This document shows, piece after piece, positions 1-12,247 of a DNA stretch of 64,000 nt. The first letter of the stretch is position 1. The number at the start of each line of letters is the position of its first letter. This DNA comes from the human T2T-CHM13v2.0 reference genome, Homo sapiens, in assembly GCF_009914755.1 (NCBI RefSeq), contig NC_060929.1. One strand, given 5' to 3'. The position numbers and the translations under genes are program-made. Under the pieces are notes generated by a model. It worked only from the letters and a program-made list of their open reading frames with translations, was not told where the DNA came from and did not search any database.

Positions 1-360
1 AGATTCCTCCTAAGCTGACATTGTCCCTGATAATTTCTATGGCCCAATTTGGAGCCTCAGCTTCAGTAAATTCTGACAACTCAGGATAAAAGGACCCCAC
101 CACGTTGTGCTCCCCTATGACCTATTCTTTTCTTTCATGCAAGTTATATTTAAAAACCATGTATTTTATGTTTGTTTATGTGTTTACTGCTTGCCTTTGG
201 GACAAGATTGTAAGCTCTCTAAGGACAGGGATCAGATATTGTTTTATTTTAAACAAATGCATATGTAATTAATTTTATATTTTAAATTTATTGTTATTGC
301 ATTTTCCATTTGAATTTATTATTTAATAATTTTAATAAATTGTAATAATGAATGTGATTG

Positions 361-1038
361 TAGCTAATTCTCATTATTTGGGGATTCCCTATTTGTGAGT
401 TTACCTATTCACTAAGATTTATTTGTAACATCCAAATCAATACTCCCAATGCTTAGTAGTCATTGCTGGACATACCATGTGCAGAATGGGGAAAAGCAAA
501 GTGGCCTGATGTGCACATTCCTGGTTGAGGGTCCCAGCTGAGGTTGAACAAGATGACATTCTCTTATTATTTCAGGTCTCATACTGTAAACAAGTGTACT
601 TTCTGTGATCTATTTAATGCTACATTTTTCACATTTTTGTGTTTTATTATTGATAGTTTTCTTGCTTAAAATGGCCCTCAGGCATAGTGCTGAAGTGCTA
701 TCTAGTGTCCTCAAGCACAGGAAGCCTATGACGTGCCTTACAGAGAAAGCACTCATGTTAATAAGCTCCTTTCAGGCATGAGTTCTGTGTGGTTGGCTGT
801 GAGTTCAATATTAATGAATAGACAATATATGTTTTGCATGGTGTCTTTAAACAGAAACATAAAACATACAACAAGCAACAAGGCTATGTATTGATTATTT
901 GATTAAAACGTTGTGACCAGAGGCTCCCAGGAACCCAACCCTGTATTTCCTCTCCGTGACAATGATTCAGTATGTGCTAATTCAGTATTCACAGAGACTC
1001 TATAGAACATAACTACTTCAAATAATGAAAATTAACTG
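361..1038 (+). mobile_element. MER82 non-autonomous Tigger (TcMar) DNA transposon, near full length
   Basis: Terminal inverted repeats tagctaattctcattatt (361) and aataatgaaaattaactg (to 1038); internal sequence follows the recalled MER82 consensus; it interrupts an L2 3' end. Confidence 0.85.
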
Positions 1039-1239
1039 TGTTTAATTTTTATTTTTCTTTTAAATGAATGAATATCAATGTAATAAATATTTATACCTGT
1101 CATATAGTTGGTTACTAATAAATGTTTATCAAATGAACAATTAAATGAATGTTGATTGTGATCAGAACCGTGATCTTGATAAAAGGGTTTTTTCCCTTTA
1201 ATTAGTGGTTACAGTCAATAGACACTAATGCGTGGGTTG

Positions 1240-1440
1240 CATTGTGCCATGTGAAAAGGACATATGTCATAGCTTAGCTCTACCATTTACTGGCTGAATT
1301 TCCTCAACCAAATCCTTTAACATTCATGCCTCCATTTTCCTTTTCCCATCCATGAAAGAATGATTATAAGAAACTTGCTTTTGAAGAGCACTATGAGGTT
1401 TTAGCCAAAATCTTTTCATAAATAATTACAAAAGCACTTT
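1240..1440 (+). mobile_element. MIR fragment
   Basis: Degenerate MIR core (agctctaccatttactggctg...gcctccattttcc...aagcacttt). Confidence 0.45.
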
Positions 1441-4400
1441 CCAGGCTAGTGATCATTATTTAAGACAAGATTGCAGGTCTGGAAGTCAGGGGCCTATAAG
1501 CCAGACTTGCCTGTAGAACTCATTGTGAGATGCCTACTGAGTTCTCTCCTTTCTTCATATCTGTCTCAGAGCTCTTCTTTTTTAAAATGAAGATGTGATA
1601 TGGCTGATTTCCAGGCTCTTTTCTGGCAATAAACTTCTGAGACCCTGTGCTGTAATAGGTTTGATCTCTGAAGGGATTTTGAGAAAGTTGTGAATAGATC
1701 ATGGATGAAATCTTATATCCAGGACAAGGACAATGCCATCATTATGTTCCTGGTCCTTGTAATAATCTTGATTTTTCTCAGGCTTTGGTAAGCTGATTGT
1801 CTCTATGGGAAGCCCTCTGTTAAACCTCTGTTACCACGACATTTCTCTTCCAGAAGTTAAAGTTAAATAGCGCTGAAACTTGAGGTCTTCCCTGGAAGTG
1901 TAAAGCAACATTCCTGAGAATTAAGGGGTATCTGAGAACTCTTAAGGCTCATGTCTAAGAGAATGACAAAACTAGGAAGTTAAAAATGAAATAAAGATAG
2001 AATGAAGCTCTAACTTGGTTTATTTATTTTGTATAAATAGGGTCTTATAGACAGGTCAAAATCTTCTGTTCACGTACAACAATGAACCATCTAAATTACA
2101 TAAAGCTTAATTCTAAAAACGTATAAACTAGTTATGGGATATAGATAAAATCGTATGAGTCTTGAGCTTTCATTTTATCAGCAATAAGGCAGGGGTAACA
2201 AGATTCTGTCTAGGCTACCTCATAGCGTTGATACAACAAATAAGACATGCTTTCTGAGCACACAAAGAATGTGAGAAAATCTCATTAGTGCTATTTATTA
2301 TAGGTTAGTAGAAACTTGGGAATCATTACACAATGACAATGGCATGTGACTCTATTACATACATATCAAAAACCAAGGGAAAAACTCATAAAGTCTCATT
2401 ATGGTTCATTGTTTAAGAAATTGACAAAAAAAGAATTTAAGGAAAAGCAGCAGTTTTAAATTCTAATACAGTGTTCGCTGAGAACAAAATTGTTCTCTTT
2501 TGTTCTTAAGTTGAAGCATCCAGTCCTTTTCAATGACCCAAAAATGATGAATGCAATAATAAAAATATGTTGTGTGTGGTTTCTAGTATTGAGCGATCCC
2601 AAACAAACTAAATAACAAAATTAATTACCCAGAGATATATTGAGTAACAAAATAAACTATCATCCACGAGTACCCCAGTCTGAAATTGAATTTTAGTCTT
2701 GAATAATAAATTACTTCCAAAGCCAAGTACTATAGGTACTATAGGGATTTGTGTTTAAATTTGACATCCGCCTCATTAGGGTTGAAATTGGCAAAATAGC
2801 CAAAGTGCTGGTAGCTGGGAGCATATTCATATTAATTATGATTATTTTGGCAAATCTTTTTACCAGGAAGCAAATAAATAAAATCAAGGCCAAACAATAT
2901 AGCTAATAGAGATAAACAGGTTCATTTTCTGGAGGTAAATATTCTATTCAGTTGCTGAAATACCCTGGCTCTTGCTATTCTTTTCTTTGGATCCAAGGCT
3001 ATGCTTTCCACTTGCATAACTGTCATAGTGAAGAACAAGGCTCTTTCAAACCTCCGTATGGCTTATTCCTAAAGTCATTATCCAGTAGCAGCATTATGAC
3101 TCATCTATACAAAATGACCTTGTAAAAGTCAGCTAAAGGGAGGTGTAGAACCCTTATTTGAATTGATAAAAATATCAAGAAGTCCATGTGTAACTCAAAG
3201 CAACCTTGATTTTCTGCTGTCTGTCAAAACTAATTTTACTGTCAGGTATTTTTTTTCTTAAATAGTGACACTGGCTAAAATTAAAAATAATAATATAAAC
3301 AGAAAAATATCTTCAAATATCAATTCAAGGGGAATTACCATTTTCTATGACCAACCAGAACTCCCAAATATTCTGAAATATATTTCTTTATTTAATTTTT
3401 AGTGAAAGAGTAATTTGTATAAGGGCACTCATATAAAAGACTTAGTGAAAAAAATAATTTACAGGGAATTCTTGGGTTCTTCTTACATCGTCTTATATTT
3501 TTAAGTCTATGTCTGCCACTAACTAGCTGTGGATTTTGATAAGTCTCTTAATCCGGCATCATTATTTCTGGGGACCTTTCTAGCCCTAAATCCATGATTC
3601 TACAATGAGAACAGCATCTAGAATTATGACCAATTTCAGTTAGTAGCAAGGTTGGGAGAGGGAAGAAAAGCATTTCTAATGAACCATAAATAACTTTTAA
3701 AAGCTTAAAACATCCTATTCCTAAGCACTCAGGTTAATTATGAGATTTTATTAGAGAAGCTTGTTAAAAATAATATGCAAACCTTGCAATATTTTAGTAT
3801 TGCAAACTTTGCCATGTTATGGCTCATTGGGTTCTGTTTTATGCCATATGATAAAAATGGACATCCATTACAGATAAGTAAACACTTTAGCTAGAAAATA
3901 CAGATGATCTCGGTAATGTGGCCAGTGATCCAGAATAACTGGGCACATTTGCTTCTTGTGATTACCTTTGCAAACGAGGCAGATTCTTGCCTAATGCTGC
4001 AGTTTGAATATCAGTCCTGAAGACAGATACAGTGAAATGAACGCATGTAAACACAGCTTGGGGATGTAACTTCATGTATAAATTACAAAAACATTAAATT
4101 CTTACATGAAGTTGGAAATGGTGGTGTTAAGAAACAAGAAGCAGCTCTCTGTGGGGTTCACTCTGTGTGAGTCCCCAGGCTCCCTCTCTTCCAACTACTC
4201 TGAATCATGGCCGCTGCTCCAGCGGGGAGTTCTGTCTGATGGCACCACTGTCTTGTGTCCTAAGAACCATGGTTGCCTTAGACCCCCCAAGGATCTGGGA
4301 CCTAGTTTCAACTTGACCAGACTCCTGAGACTGGGGCCCTTTCTGCCACTTTGAGATGCAGATGAGGCCCAACTTTACTACGGATATAGAATTTGGCTTC

Positions 4401-4479
4401 TCCATCAAAGGGGCCAGATTACTCAACTCCATGAGGTAAACTGGTGTCAATTGCCATGACACCATTTTCCTGCCCAGAG

Positions 4480-4590
4480 TCTATCAAGTCCTTGGGGCAG
4501 GAATAGCGTTTAGTCTATTTCCCTGTTCCCCATCACTTAGCACAGTGCTTTTCACATAGAGATCAAACAATGTTTGTTTGCTAGATGAAC
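4480..4590 (+). mobile_element. L2 3' end fragment
   Basis: ccccatcacttagcacagtgc...aatgtttgttt...gatgaa resembles the L2 terminus. Confidence 0.55.
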
Positions 4591-4775
4591 ACAGTGTACC
4601 ATTTTTTCTCTCCCACATTTAGACTAAGACGATGTGACCAGATCAAAACTACCGCATTTAAAGTGATCTTACTGCTGATCCCTGTGGTCTCTCAACCTGA
4701 TGATGTGAAATTCAATACAACTTGGAGAAAAGCAGCAAGGCTAGTGCTTCTGGTGTCTTCAGCGTTTTTGGTGTC

Positions 4776-5000
4776 CTAGGCATGCGTTGTCAGTGTTATC
4801 TTAAATTCCCAGTTGTCCGTTTGTTACAGTGAGATAATATTATCTGTAAATACATTGAACTGGGCTCAAGTAACCTGCACTGTGTCCCAATATGCAGAGA
4901 ACAAAGGAATCGACTGCATCAGTGCCGCCAACCCCTGAAGAGGAGCTGGATTTCCCTTGCCTCTTATCTGAGGTATGATGCTGAGCAGGGAAGGCTGAGA
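4776..5000 (+). repeat. Left arm of long inverted repeat
   Basis: 4831-4959 is the reverse complement of 6199-6327 with 3 mismatches in 129 bp; flanks align at about 80%. Confidence 0.97.
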
Positions 5001-5239
5001 AGGGCAAAGCTCACCTGAAGTGTCCATTAATTTCCTGGCTAGAACTGTGACAGACTTCATCTTTGAGGGAATTAATCTGCATGACTGAGTGAGGACATTT
5101 TAATGATTTTTAAATGCCCTGATTTTTCTTCCCTTTTCATTACATTCTCACTCCTTGATAAAGAGCAAACACTTATCCCCCACCCTCCGTTTTTACCATA
5201 TTCCGAAAACCCTTTCACTTTTCCTCATGGAGGGCATTT

Positions 5240-5304
5240 CTGACCCCTGCTGACATGTGGTCTTGGAGTGGTGGCTCCCCACCACTCCAACCAGGCAGCA
5301 TCAG
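5240..5304. other. Hairpin with a perfect 12-bp stem inside the inverted-repeat spacer
   Basis: ttggagtggtgg (5263-5274), loop ctcc, ccaccactccaa (5279-5290); extendable by tgg/cca, tgctg/cagca and ctga/tcag pairs. Confidence 0.85.
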
Positions 5305-5479
5305 GTGAGAGCACCCATTGTTTCTGCTGGTTACCCTCATGCGAGATTTTTGTTTGCTTCCTTTCTCTCCCCAGATACTTCTGTTACTACTTCACTACTG
5401 TGGGGAACTTCACAAAAATGCATCCCTCAGCACCCTGGGCTCTGTGTCTGAACCACTTCACATGCCTTCTGTACTGCAT

Positions 5480-5990
5480 CCCAGCACTCCAGTATTCCTG
5501 AGCTGAAATCTCAGACCTCGTAATTACCAATCACTGTGCTTTTGACACCCACCCCTGCCACTCACTACCAGCTTCTCTTATTTTTCAACTTATTCTGGTT
5601 CACCAACGAAAACGATTCTTCAAGCCCACTGGGGCCTCAATCCATGTATTCATTATTGGCTGCTCTCGTGAGGTCAGATCTCTTTTGTTTTTACTCATCT
5701 TAGATGTCATAGACTATCATGTGCCCCTAGCTTTCTTTGTTGTATTTGCCTTTAAAGGTTTCAACCTTGCTCAGATTTAACTCTTCAACTGCTCCCCACT
5801 TATTCCTGTGTGGATGAATGTGGCTAGAGAAAAATGCACAAACATGATGACAAATTTATGATCACAAATCCCAAGTAAGCCTCAACACCACTAGGCCATT
5901 CTACTCTATGGCTTTATTCAGTTCCCAATGCCTCATTCCACCCCAAATTTTAAGAAGATAATTTCATCTCTTTTCAAAATTTCCAAAGTA
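5480..5990 (+). mobile_element. L2 internal fragment
   Basis: gtggctagagaaaaatgcacaaacatg...tttatgatcacaaatcccaagtaagccctcaac matches the recalled L2 ORF region. Confidence 0.6.
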
Positions 5991-6047
5991 TTTCCTCTTA
6001 TTCTTTTTAAGGCAAACTCATCCATATTAACAGTAGACAAAACATGA

Positions 6048-6172
6048 GTTCAAAAAAAAATTATTAAGAATTTCAAGACTGTGATAGCAGGACATTACGC
6101 TAAGGGTGAGCCCCATCTGAACACAGGGCCTTGTGTGACTGCACTGGCTACAGGCCTGCTCAGCTGGCCCTG
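6048..6172 (-). mobile_element. MER53 (hAT) fragment, one end missing
   Basis: Minus strand reads cagggccagc...gtgcagtcacacaaggccctg...gtcttgaaattcttaataattttt...gaac, as in the recalled MER53 consensus. Confidence 0.75.
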
Positions 6173-6376
6173 CTCAGGATCACACCTTAGACAGGAGACA
6201 AGGGAAATCCAGCTCCTCTTCAGGGGTTGGCAGCACTGATGCAGTCGATTCCTTTGTTTTCTGCATATTGGGACACAGTGCAGGTTACTTGAGCCCAGTT
6301 CAATGTATTTGCAGATAATATTATCTCGTTGCAACAACAATTGGGAATTTAAGAATAACACTGATATTCATGCCTT
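6158..6376 (-). repeat. Right arm of long inverted repeat
   Basis: Reverse complement of about 4776-5000; a further 11-bp match gacaccaaaaa (6409-6419) pairs with tttttggtgtc (4765-4775). Confidence 0.97.
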
Positions 6377-8990
6377 AGAAGGCGGAGGAAGCAGAAAATG
6401 GTAGAGTTGACACCAAAAATATTATGAACTAATAAGATCTCATAAGCTGCTAATCAAAATTTCAAAAATAATAAAAGGACTACTGAAAATATGAATTTAT
6501 TAGTATAATATAAATCGTGTTGTTAATCATAAACTTAGTGTATTTTGTGACTTGATAAATTAAGTACTAATCATAACTATAATGGAATTCATGCTCATTG
6601 TTTTCATTAATGAGTATGTGATCTCTGTTTCATTAAATATCTATGTTATATGATGATGTAGAATTACAGACGACACAGGGACAAAGGCAGAGCATATTCT
6701 AGAAAATGAAATTCTTATGTGTCAACTAATTTAGTCACTAGCCTCTATAATGTAACCTTGTGCTTAATACATATGAAGCATTAAAGAGTACTTGGACATA
6801 TGTCTGAATGAGCTATTCGTTTTCTAAGAAATTTCCCTCGGAAACGTGTCTACAATGAAGTAGCCAATTTGTTAATACTTGAACACCCTGATTGATGGGG
6901 AATTCACTTCCTCTGAAGACATTGCTAAAATGTTGTCACACACACACAGGACACACAGAGAAAGGGAGAAAAAATAATATTCTGAGTGCCTATGCAGTGT
7001 AGAATATACATACCCATGTTTTCCCCCAAAAAGATGTTGAAAACTTAGATCAAATAAATCAGCATCTCCTCTACAGTCTTATTTAGTGGAAACAACATGT
7101 TTTAAAAGCACGAGAATAGAACCAAGAAGGCAGAAAACATGGGCAATGGGAAAAAACAGAAGTGCATTTTACATAAATAAACAAATAATCCCTGAGCAGT
7201 GCACATATTTGTGGTTTTATTAATTTTTCAATTTTAAGGTGTGGAAATCTGGTTTTACGCAATAAGCTCTTTTGTTAACCGCAGAGCTGCTCCCTCAGGA
7301 TGCCTGGGATAACTTCCATAGGGCAGATGCTGCTGACGTGCTATTTCCAAAGGGTTCCTGGCATAGGACTGTGAAAGGTTTCCTGGAGCCTCCCTAGAAG
7401 ATCAGTTGTTTATCTGCAGGGAAGCCCTGAAAGAGCCTGAGAGTGTGTGCTTCTCAGGTGTAGTCAACGTGTGAAGAGCCCCAGGCACCCACGCAAGAAC
7501 CATCCCTTGGGCCATTTATTGAACTGTAGAAGGCAACTATAGCCAAGTGGGCTGGGGGGAGAGCTCTTTTGGGGAGTGTTGCTTTTGAACTCAGAATATC
7601 GTCTTTAACAAATGCAGTTCTTTTCAAATATCAGCCATAGTTTCATTCTCCATACAGCATTATTTGAAAATCCATCCCTTTCATCCAAGGATTTATCCTA
7701 ATTATAAAATAATCTCTGTTTTTATGATGCCTTCTAGTCAGTATGCCAGTGCCCATAGGTGGGGACAATCTAATGAGGCTTCTCTGCAGCTCAGAGCCTG
7801 GGTGACTATTGTATCCCATAGATGAGGAAACTAACTGAATAAAGCTCGTGACTCTGAGCCAGGAATAGGACTTTTGTGTTAGCAGCTTTGCTGCTCATAC
7901 TGTGCAATCCTAAATCCTGGACAATACTGAGCTACTAGCACAATGAAAATAATTTACATGAGAATAGATACCATGCCTTCCTCTCAAGATATGCTTATCC
8001 GTTTAATTTTCACCCACATATAGGTGACACTGATTTGTATTTCTAAAGCTGTAGTTTCTCTTAAGCGAAAATGTATCCTGTCCAATAAATTGAGTACTTT
8101 TCCAATGCAGTTATTTTTTAATATTGGGAAATGTTACTTTAATAATGATGTTTATTTTTGGTTTGTGTTTTTTCCCTTACAACAGCCAGCAAAGGATTAA
8201 ATTCAGTTATCATAAATATGCAAATCAAAGTGGCAATGATCAAAATTTGGGATTTTTTTCCCCTTTGTTTCTCTGCCTTTCCTGGAAGGTGGAATTATTT
8301 TGCTAGGTTTATATATTTTCCTCAAATTCTTTTTGAAGAGTCAACATATATGTCCTTTTTGCATCTTTTGATGAGGGTGGACAGAAGGGGACAATAAATG
8401 AAAACAAACCTATTCATGACTTATTAATGGATTAGGTTTTCCTAACTGGAGTTCACACAGAGCTTCTACCATGGCTCTGCTTTAAAAAAGTGAAGCTCTT
8501 TCCCTAATAAATATTCTGTTCTTTCCTGTCTTCTCCCACCAAGTGAGAACTAAGATAGCTGCAATTCACTTAAAGGTAACCAGGAAGTTTGCACAAGGCA
8601 CCTAGTAGCAGTATTCTTACTTCAAGAGACATGTTTTTCAAATGTAGGGTTGGTTGAAGTAAGAAAAGTAGAATCAAATTCCAGGTGTCAATTTCGTCAT
8701 AAGATTCTGTTTGACTTTTGTGCAAACTGATTTACATTAAGCAATCAATCCATAAGAGAACAAAAATTGCATTTGCAAGCAAAAGAATATATTCACAGTT
8801 GAATAAATGATTGAATTGTTAGAATGGTATTTCATACCTCAAAAGAATGAAGGGCAGTTCCCTTTAGGTTGAAGGAAACATCTATGGTGTAACCGAGGTC
8901 CTTAATACCTTTCAGCTTTCCCATTTATCAGAACTGTGACCTTAGGCCAGTTACCTTAGCCTTACACATCTCATCTAGAAAATGTGATTC

Positions 8991-9357
8991 TGCTATGGAC
9001 TGAATGTGTCAATCCCAAATTCATATGTTGAAATCCTAGCCCCTAATATGATGGTATTAGGAGGTGGGGCCTCTGGGAGGTGATTAGGTTATGAGGGTAG
9101 AGCTCTCATGACTGGGATTAGTTCTCTTATAATGAGATACAAGACAGCTTGCTTTTTCTTTCTCTCTGCTTCCCACTATGAGAGGATACAAGGAGAAGAT
9201 GGTGATCTGTGAACCAGAAGGCAGACCCTCACAACACCACATCTGTCAGCACCTTCATCTTAGCCTTCCCAGGCTCCAGAACTATGTGAAATAGATTTCT
9301 GTTGTTTAAGCCACCCAGTTTATGGTATAACTGTTATAAGAAGCCTGAATTAAGGCA
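8991..9357 (+). mobile_element. MLT1A-type MaLR solo LTR inserted in a MIR
   Basis: Starts tgctatggactgaatgtgt, ends aattaaggca; TSD gattc/gagtc. Confidence 0.85.
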
Positions 9358-9559
9358 GAGTCATAAAGTTTACCTTAGAGAATTTCAACAATTACATTTC
9401 TCTTAAAATGCATATAATATGTCTAACACATGCTTAGACATTTAGGATGTTTAATAGGAATTGCCTTTTAGATAGATAATATGACTAGGTCATCTAACCA
9501 ACTAAATAAAACTGCAACATCAACTACCAATTGCGGTTAAATGTCTTAGAGAGTTAACT

Positions 9560-9740
9560 TTTAGAGCAAGAATATTTCTTGAAAAATGTCTAATTCAATT
9601 TCTTTATTTGAGAAGTGGAAAAAAACAATTTCCAGGCAAGAAAAGTGACTTTCACAAGGACTTACAACTCCTAAGTATCAGCTCCAATCTCAGATCCAAG
9701 GTTTCTTGATTCTAAATTTACTCTCTCTCACCACACCATG
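9560..9740 (-). mobile_element. MIR3/MIR fragment
   Basis: tctaattcaatttctttattt...aagtgactttcacaagg...gtttcttgattctaaa. Confidence 0.5.
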
Positions 9741-11524
9741 CCTATGATAACGCTCTGGAGAGAACCAAGTCTACACTCACTAGATGTCATACTTAGAATT
9801 ATGGCCTTTGATGTTGCTGGCAGCAACACAGCCATTTGAAGACAAATATCAAATTGTCTCTAGTTCTCAGATACTTAGGTGAGGCATCCATGAAAATAAT
9901 ATCTATGGATTAGACTAACTTTCTGACTCTTAAGTTTTCAAATCCCTGCAAGGAAATATTCATTCATTTGTTTTTTTAAGAGACTAATTCTCTGTAAGCC
10001 ATTTATTTCCCTAAGCCTAAATTTCACCTCTCATCATATCTCCTCCCAGATGAAAAGAAGAAGGCACACTGCTTTTAAAAAATGGAATTTATTACCTTTG
10101 GCTAGAGGCCTCACTATGTAAAATAATTACCTAACTACTATTGTTAGCTTCTTAGAGGCTGGTTGATAAATCCTGGTCTGTGGTAATTAATTATGAATAA
10201 CTATTTTTTATTCCCATTTAAACCTTTCCTCTTTTTGTTTCTCTATTCCTCCAGCCTCAAACCTAATGGATTTGCCTTTATAACTTTTGAACCAAATCTT
10301 TGACTTTTTTTTAATGTGTTCAATTTTATTTTTTACTGCAATGTCTAGGTCAATGCCTTTTAAACAATCATCAGAAAAGCTTCAGCCCAACTTCCTGTGG
10401 ACTTCCTTTAATCACACATCCTTTGGACTCATTAAATCTTATCTGTGACAAAAGATGAAGCCCAACATTTCCTCTCCAGCTGAGGCTTTGGCCCAAGACT
10501 GTCCAAAGAACTGTTAACTCTTGAGCCTGGGCCAAGCCAAAGACTCGGCAGCAATCAAAGTCATGGCAAGGACAGAGAGCTGAGGAGTTCCTGGGTCACC
10601 AGGGCTTTCTCCAGCAGGAAGCTGGAGTGGCAGTGATGACATGGATGCAGGATTTATGGGGGTTGGGGGGACTGGCCCAGAGCCGTGCATAGGACAGAAA
10701 TTGTGTCACAAGCACTTGTGGGGCTGGGTTCACCTCTAGCAACCTCTGCTGAGATACGAGTGTGCTTGGAAATTGTAAGCATTCCAGTCATGGGTAAATT
10801 CAAGCCAAGGACTCTTTGCCAGGGTTTTAATCCTATTCCTCTCTCTCCATTCACATTGTCATGCTTTCTTCCTAACTGAATTTTGACACTCATGTTGGAA
10901 ATAAATGGATAGAGAAAATGGACTCTCAGATTTATTGAGGACCCATTGCCTGGACTATGGTGCTTTAGTGTTTTTCTTTGACCTTGTGTCCACCTTACAC
11001 ATTTATGCCTCTGGGATTGGTACCATGGTGTGTGATTGTCCTCTGGCTGGGGGCTGCTTTCTGAAGTAAAGGTTCTGGTTCACTGTGTTCCTACTGTGTG
11101 TGCCATGTGAAAGTAAGGTAGGGGTTGGCAAGTGTTTTGCTCTAGTGATAGCATTCTGTCTTGCTGTAACTAAATTTTATGTGATTTTATTTGAAATTAC
11201 TCTTGAACAAGACTTACCTGTTTGTTGTGAGCTAAGTATGTGGCTCTCTCTTTTGAGAATACAAGAACTATATAGAAGTAAGTCAAAAGTTTCTCTCTTT
11301 CTGTCTGTCTGTCTTTTGGTAGAGATATACTATTTTACATGAAGACAGCACAACTATAGAGTGAGAAGGAAGGCTCATGGGTATTATTTCCTAAACTATC
11401 CTATACTCCAGAAATTATAAACCACAGTTGAGAAGCACAAATTATTAGCTGATTTGATACTTATCATTTTATATCTAAATTCATTATTAAGCATGCCAAA
11501 AGTTCTAATGAGAATAAAACTATT

Positions 11525-11883
11525 TGCTATGGCCTGAATATTTATGTTCTCTCAAAATTCATAAGTTGAAGTGATAGCTTTCAGGGTAATGGTAATAGGA
11601 GGTGGGGCCTTTGGGGGGTGATTTGGTCATAATGGCAGAATGGGATGAATGCCCTTTAAAAAAGGCCCCAGGGAGCTCCTTCTTCTCTCCCATCCCCTGT
11701 GTGAAGACACAGCAAGAAGGCACAGTCTGTGAGCCAGAAAGTGGGCCCTCACCAGACACTGAATTTACCAGCACCTTGATCTTAGATTTTCCTGCCTCCA
11801 GAACTGTGAAAAATATACTTATGTTGTTGATAAGCCACCCAGTTTTGGTATTTTTTTTATATCAGCCAAAATAGACTAAGACA
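11525..11883 (+). mobile_element. MLT1A-type MaLR solo LTR
   Basis: Starts tgctatggcctgaat, ends atagactaagaca; TSD ctatt/ctctt. Confidence 0.85.
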
Positions 11884-12247
11884 CTCTTTTCCCTAAAACA
11901 GAGAAATATTCCAAATAAAACAAAGAAAGCATCTTGCAGTTTCTAAATCACAGTGTCTTTTATGTACATACATATTTGCCCATTAAGACTCTTTGATCAA
12001 AGCAGTGCCTCCCAGATAATAAGAAAAGAATATACATTTAATGGAATCCCATGTTATTTCTGATATAACTCATTTTTCTGGAGAAGTAGTTGTAGGAGGT
12101 AGCCAGAGAGAAAAAGCATTGACTGACAAGACAGTGTTTTCACAGAAACCACAAAAGGATATGCTTATGGTTAAAAAAAATCAGAAATAAAAAGGAGATG
12201 AATTGTTGGACCCCATAGTTACTAAGAGAGGATAAGCACATTTAGCC

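Noticed and set aside
2480-2497. agaaca-aaat-tgttct as a glucocorticoid/androgen response element
   Set aside because: The half-sites are perfect but the spacer is 4 nt rather than the required 3; probably a chance palindrome.
4205-4465. 86-aa minus-strand ORF next to the inverted repeat as a recombinase or cargo gene
   Set aside because: Short, with no recognisable domain or splice structure; the length is within chance expectation.
4776-6376. Naming the inverted repeat as a specific catalogued human inversion, or assigning a chromosome or host gene
   Set aside because: The locus cannot be identified from the sequence alone without a genome search.
8991-11883. Two same-orientation MLT1A LTRs about 2.2 kb apart as a complete MaLR provirus
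   Set aside because: Each LTR has its own distinct 5-bp TSD, and the interval contains MIR sequence rather than MaLR internal sequence; they are independent solo LTRs.
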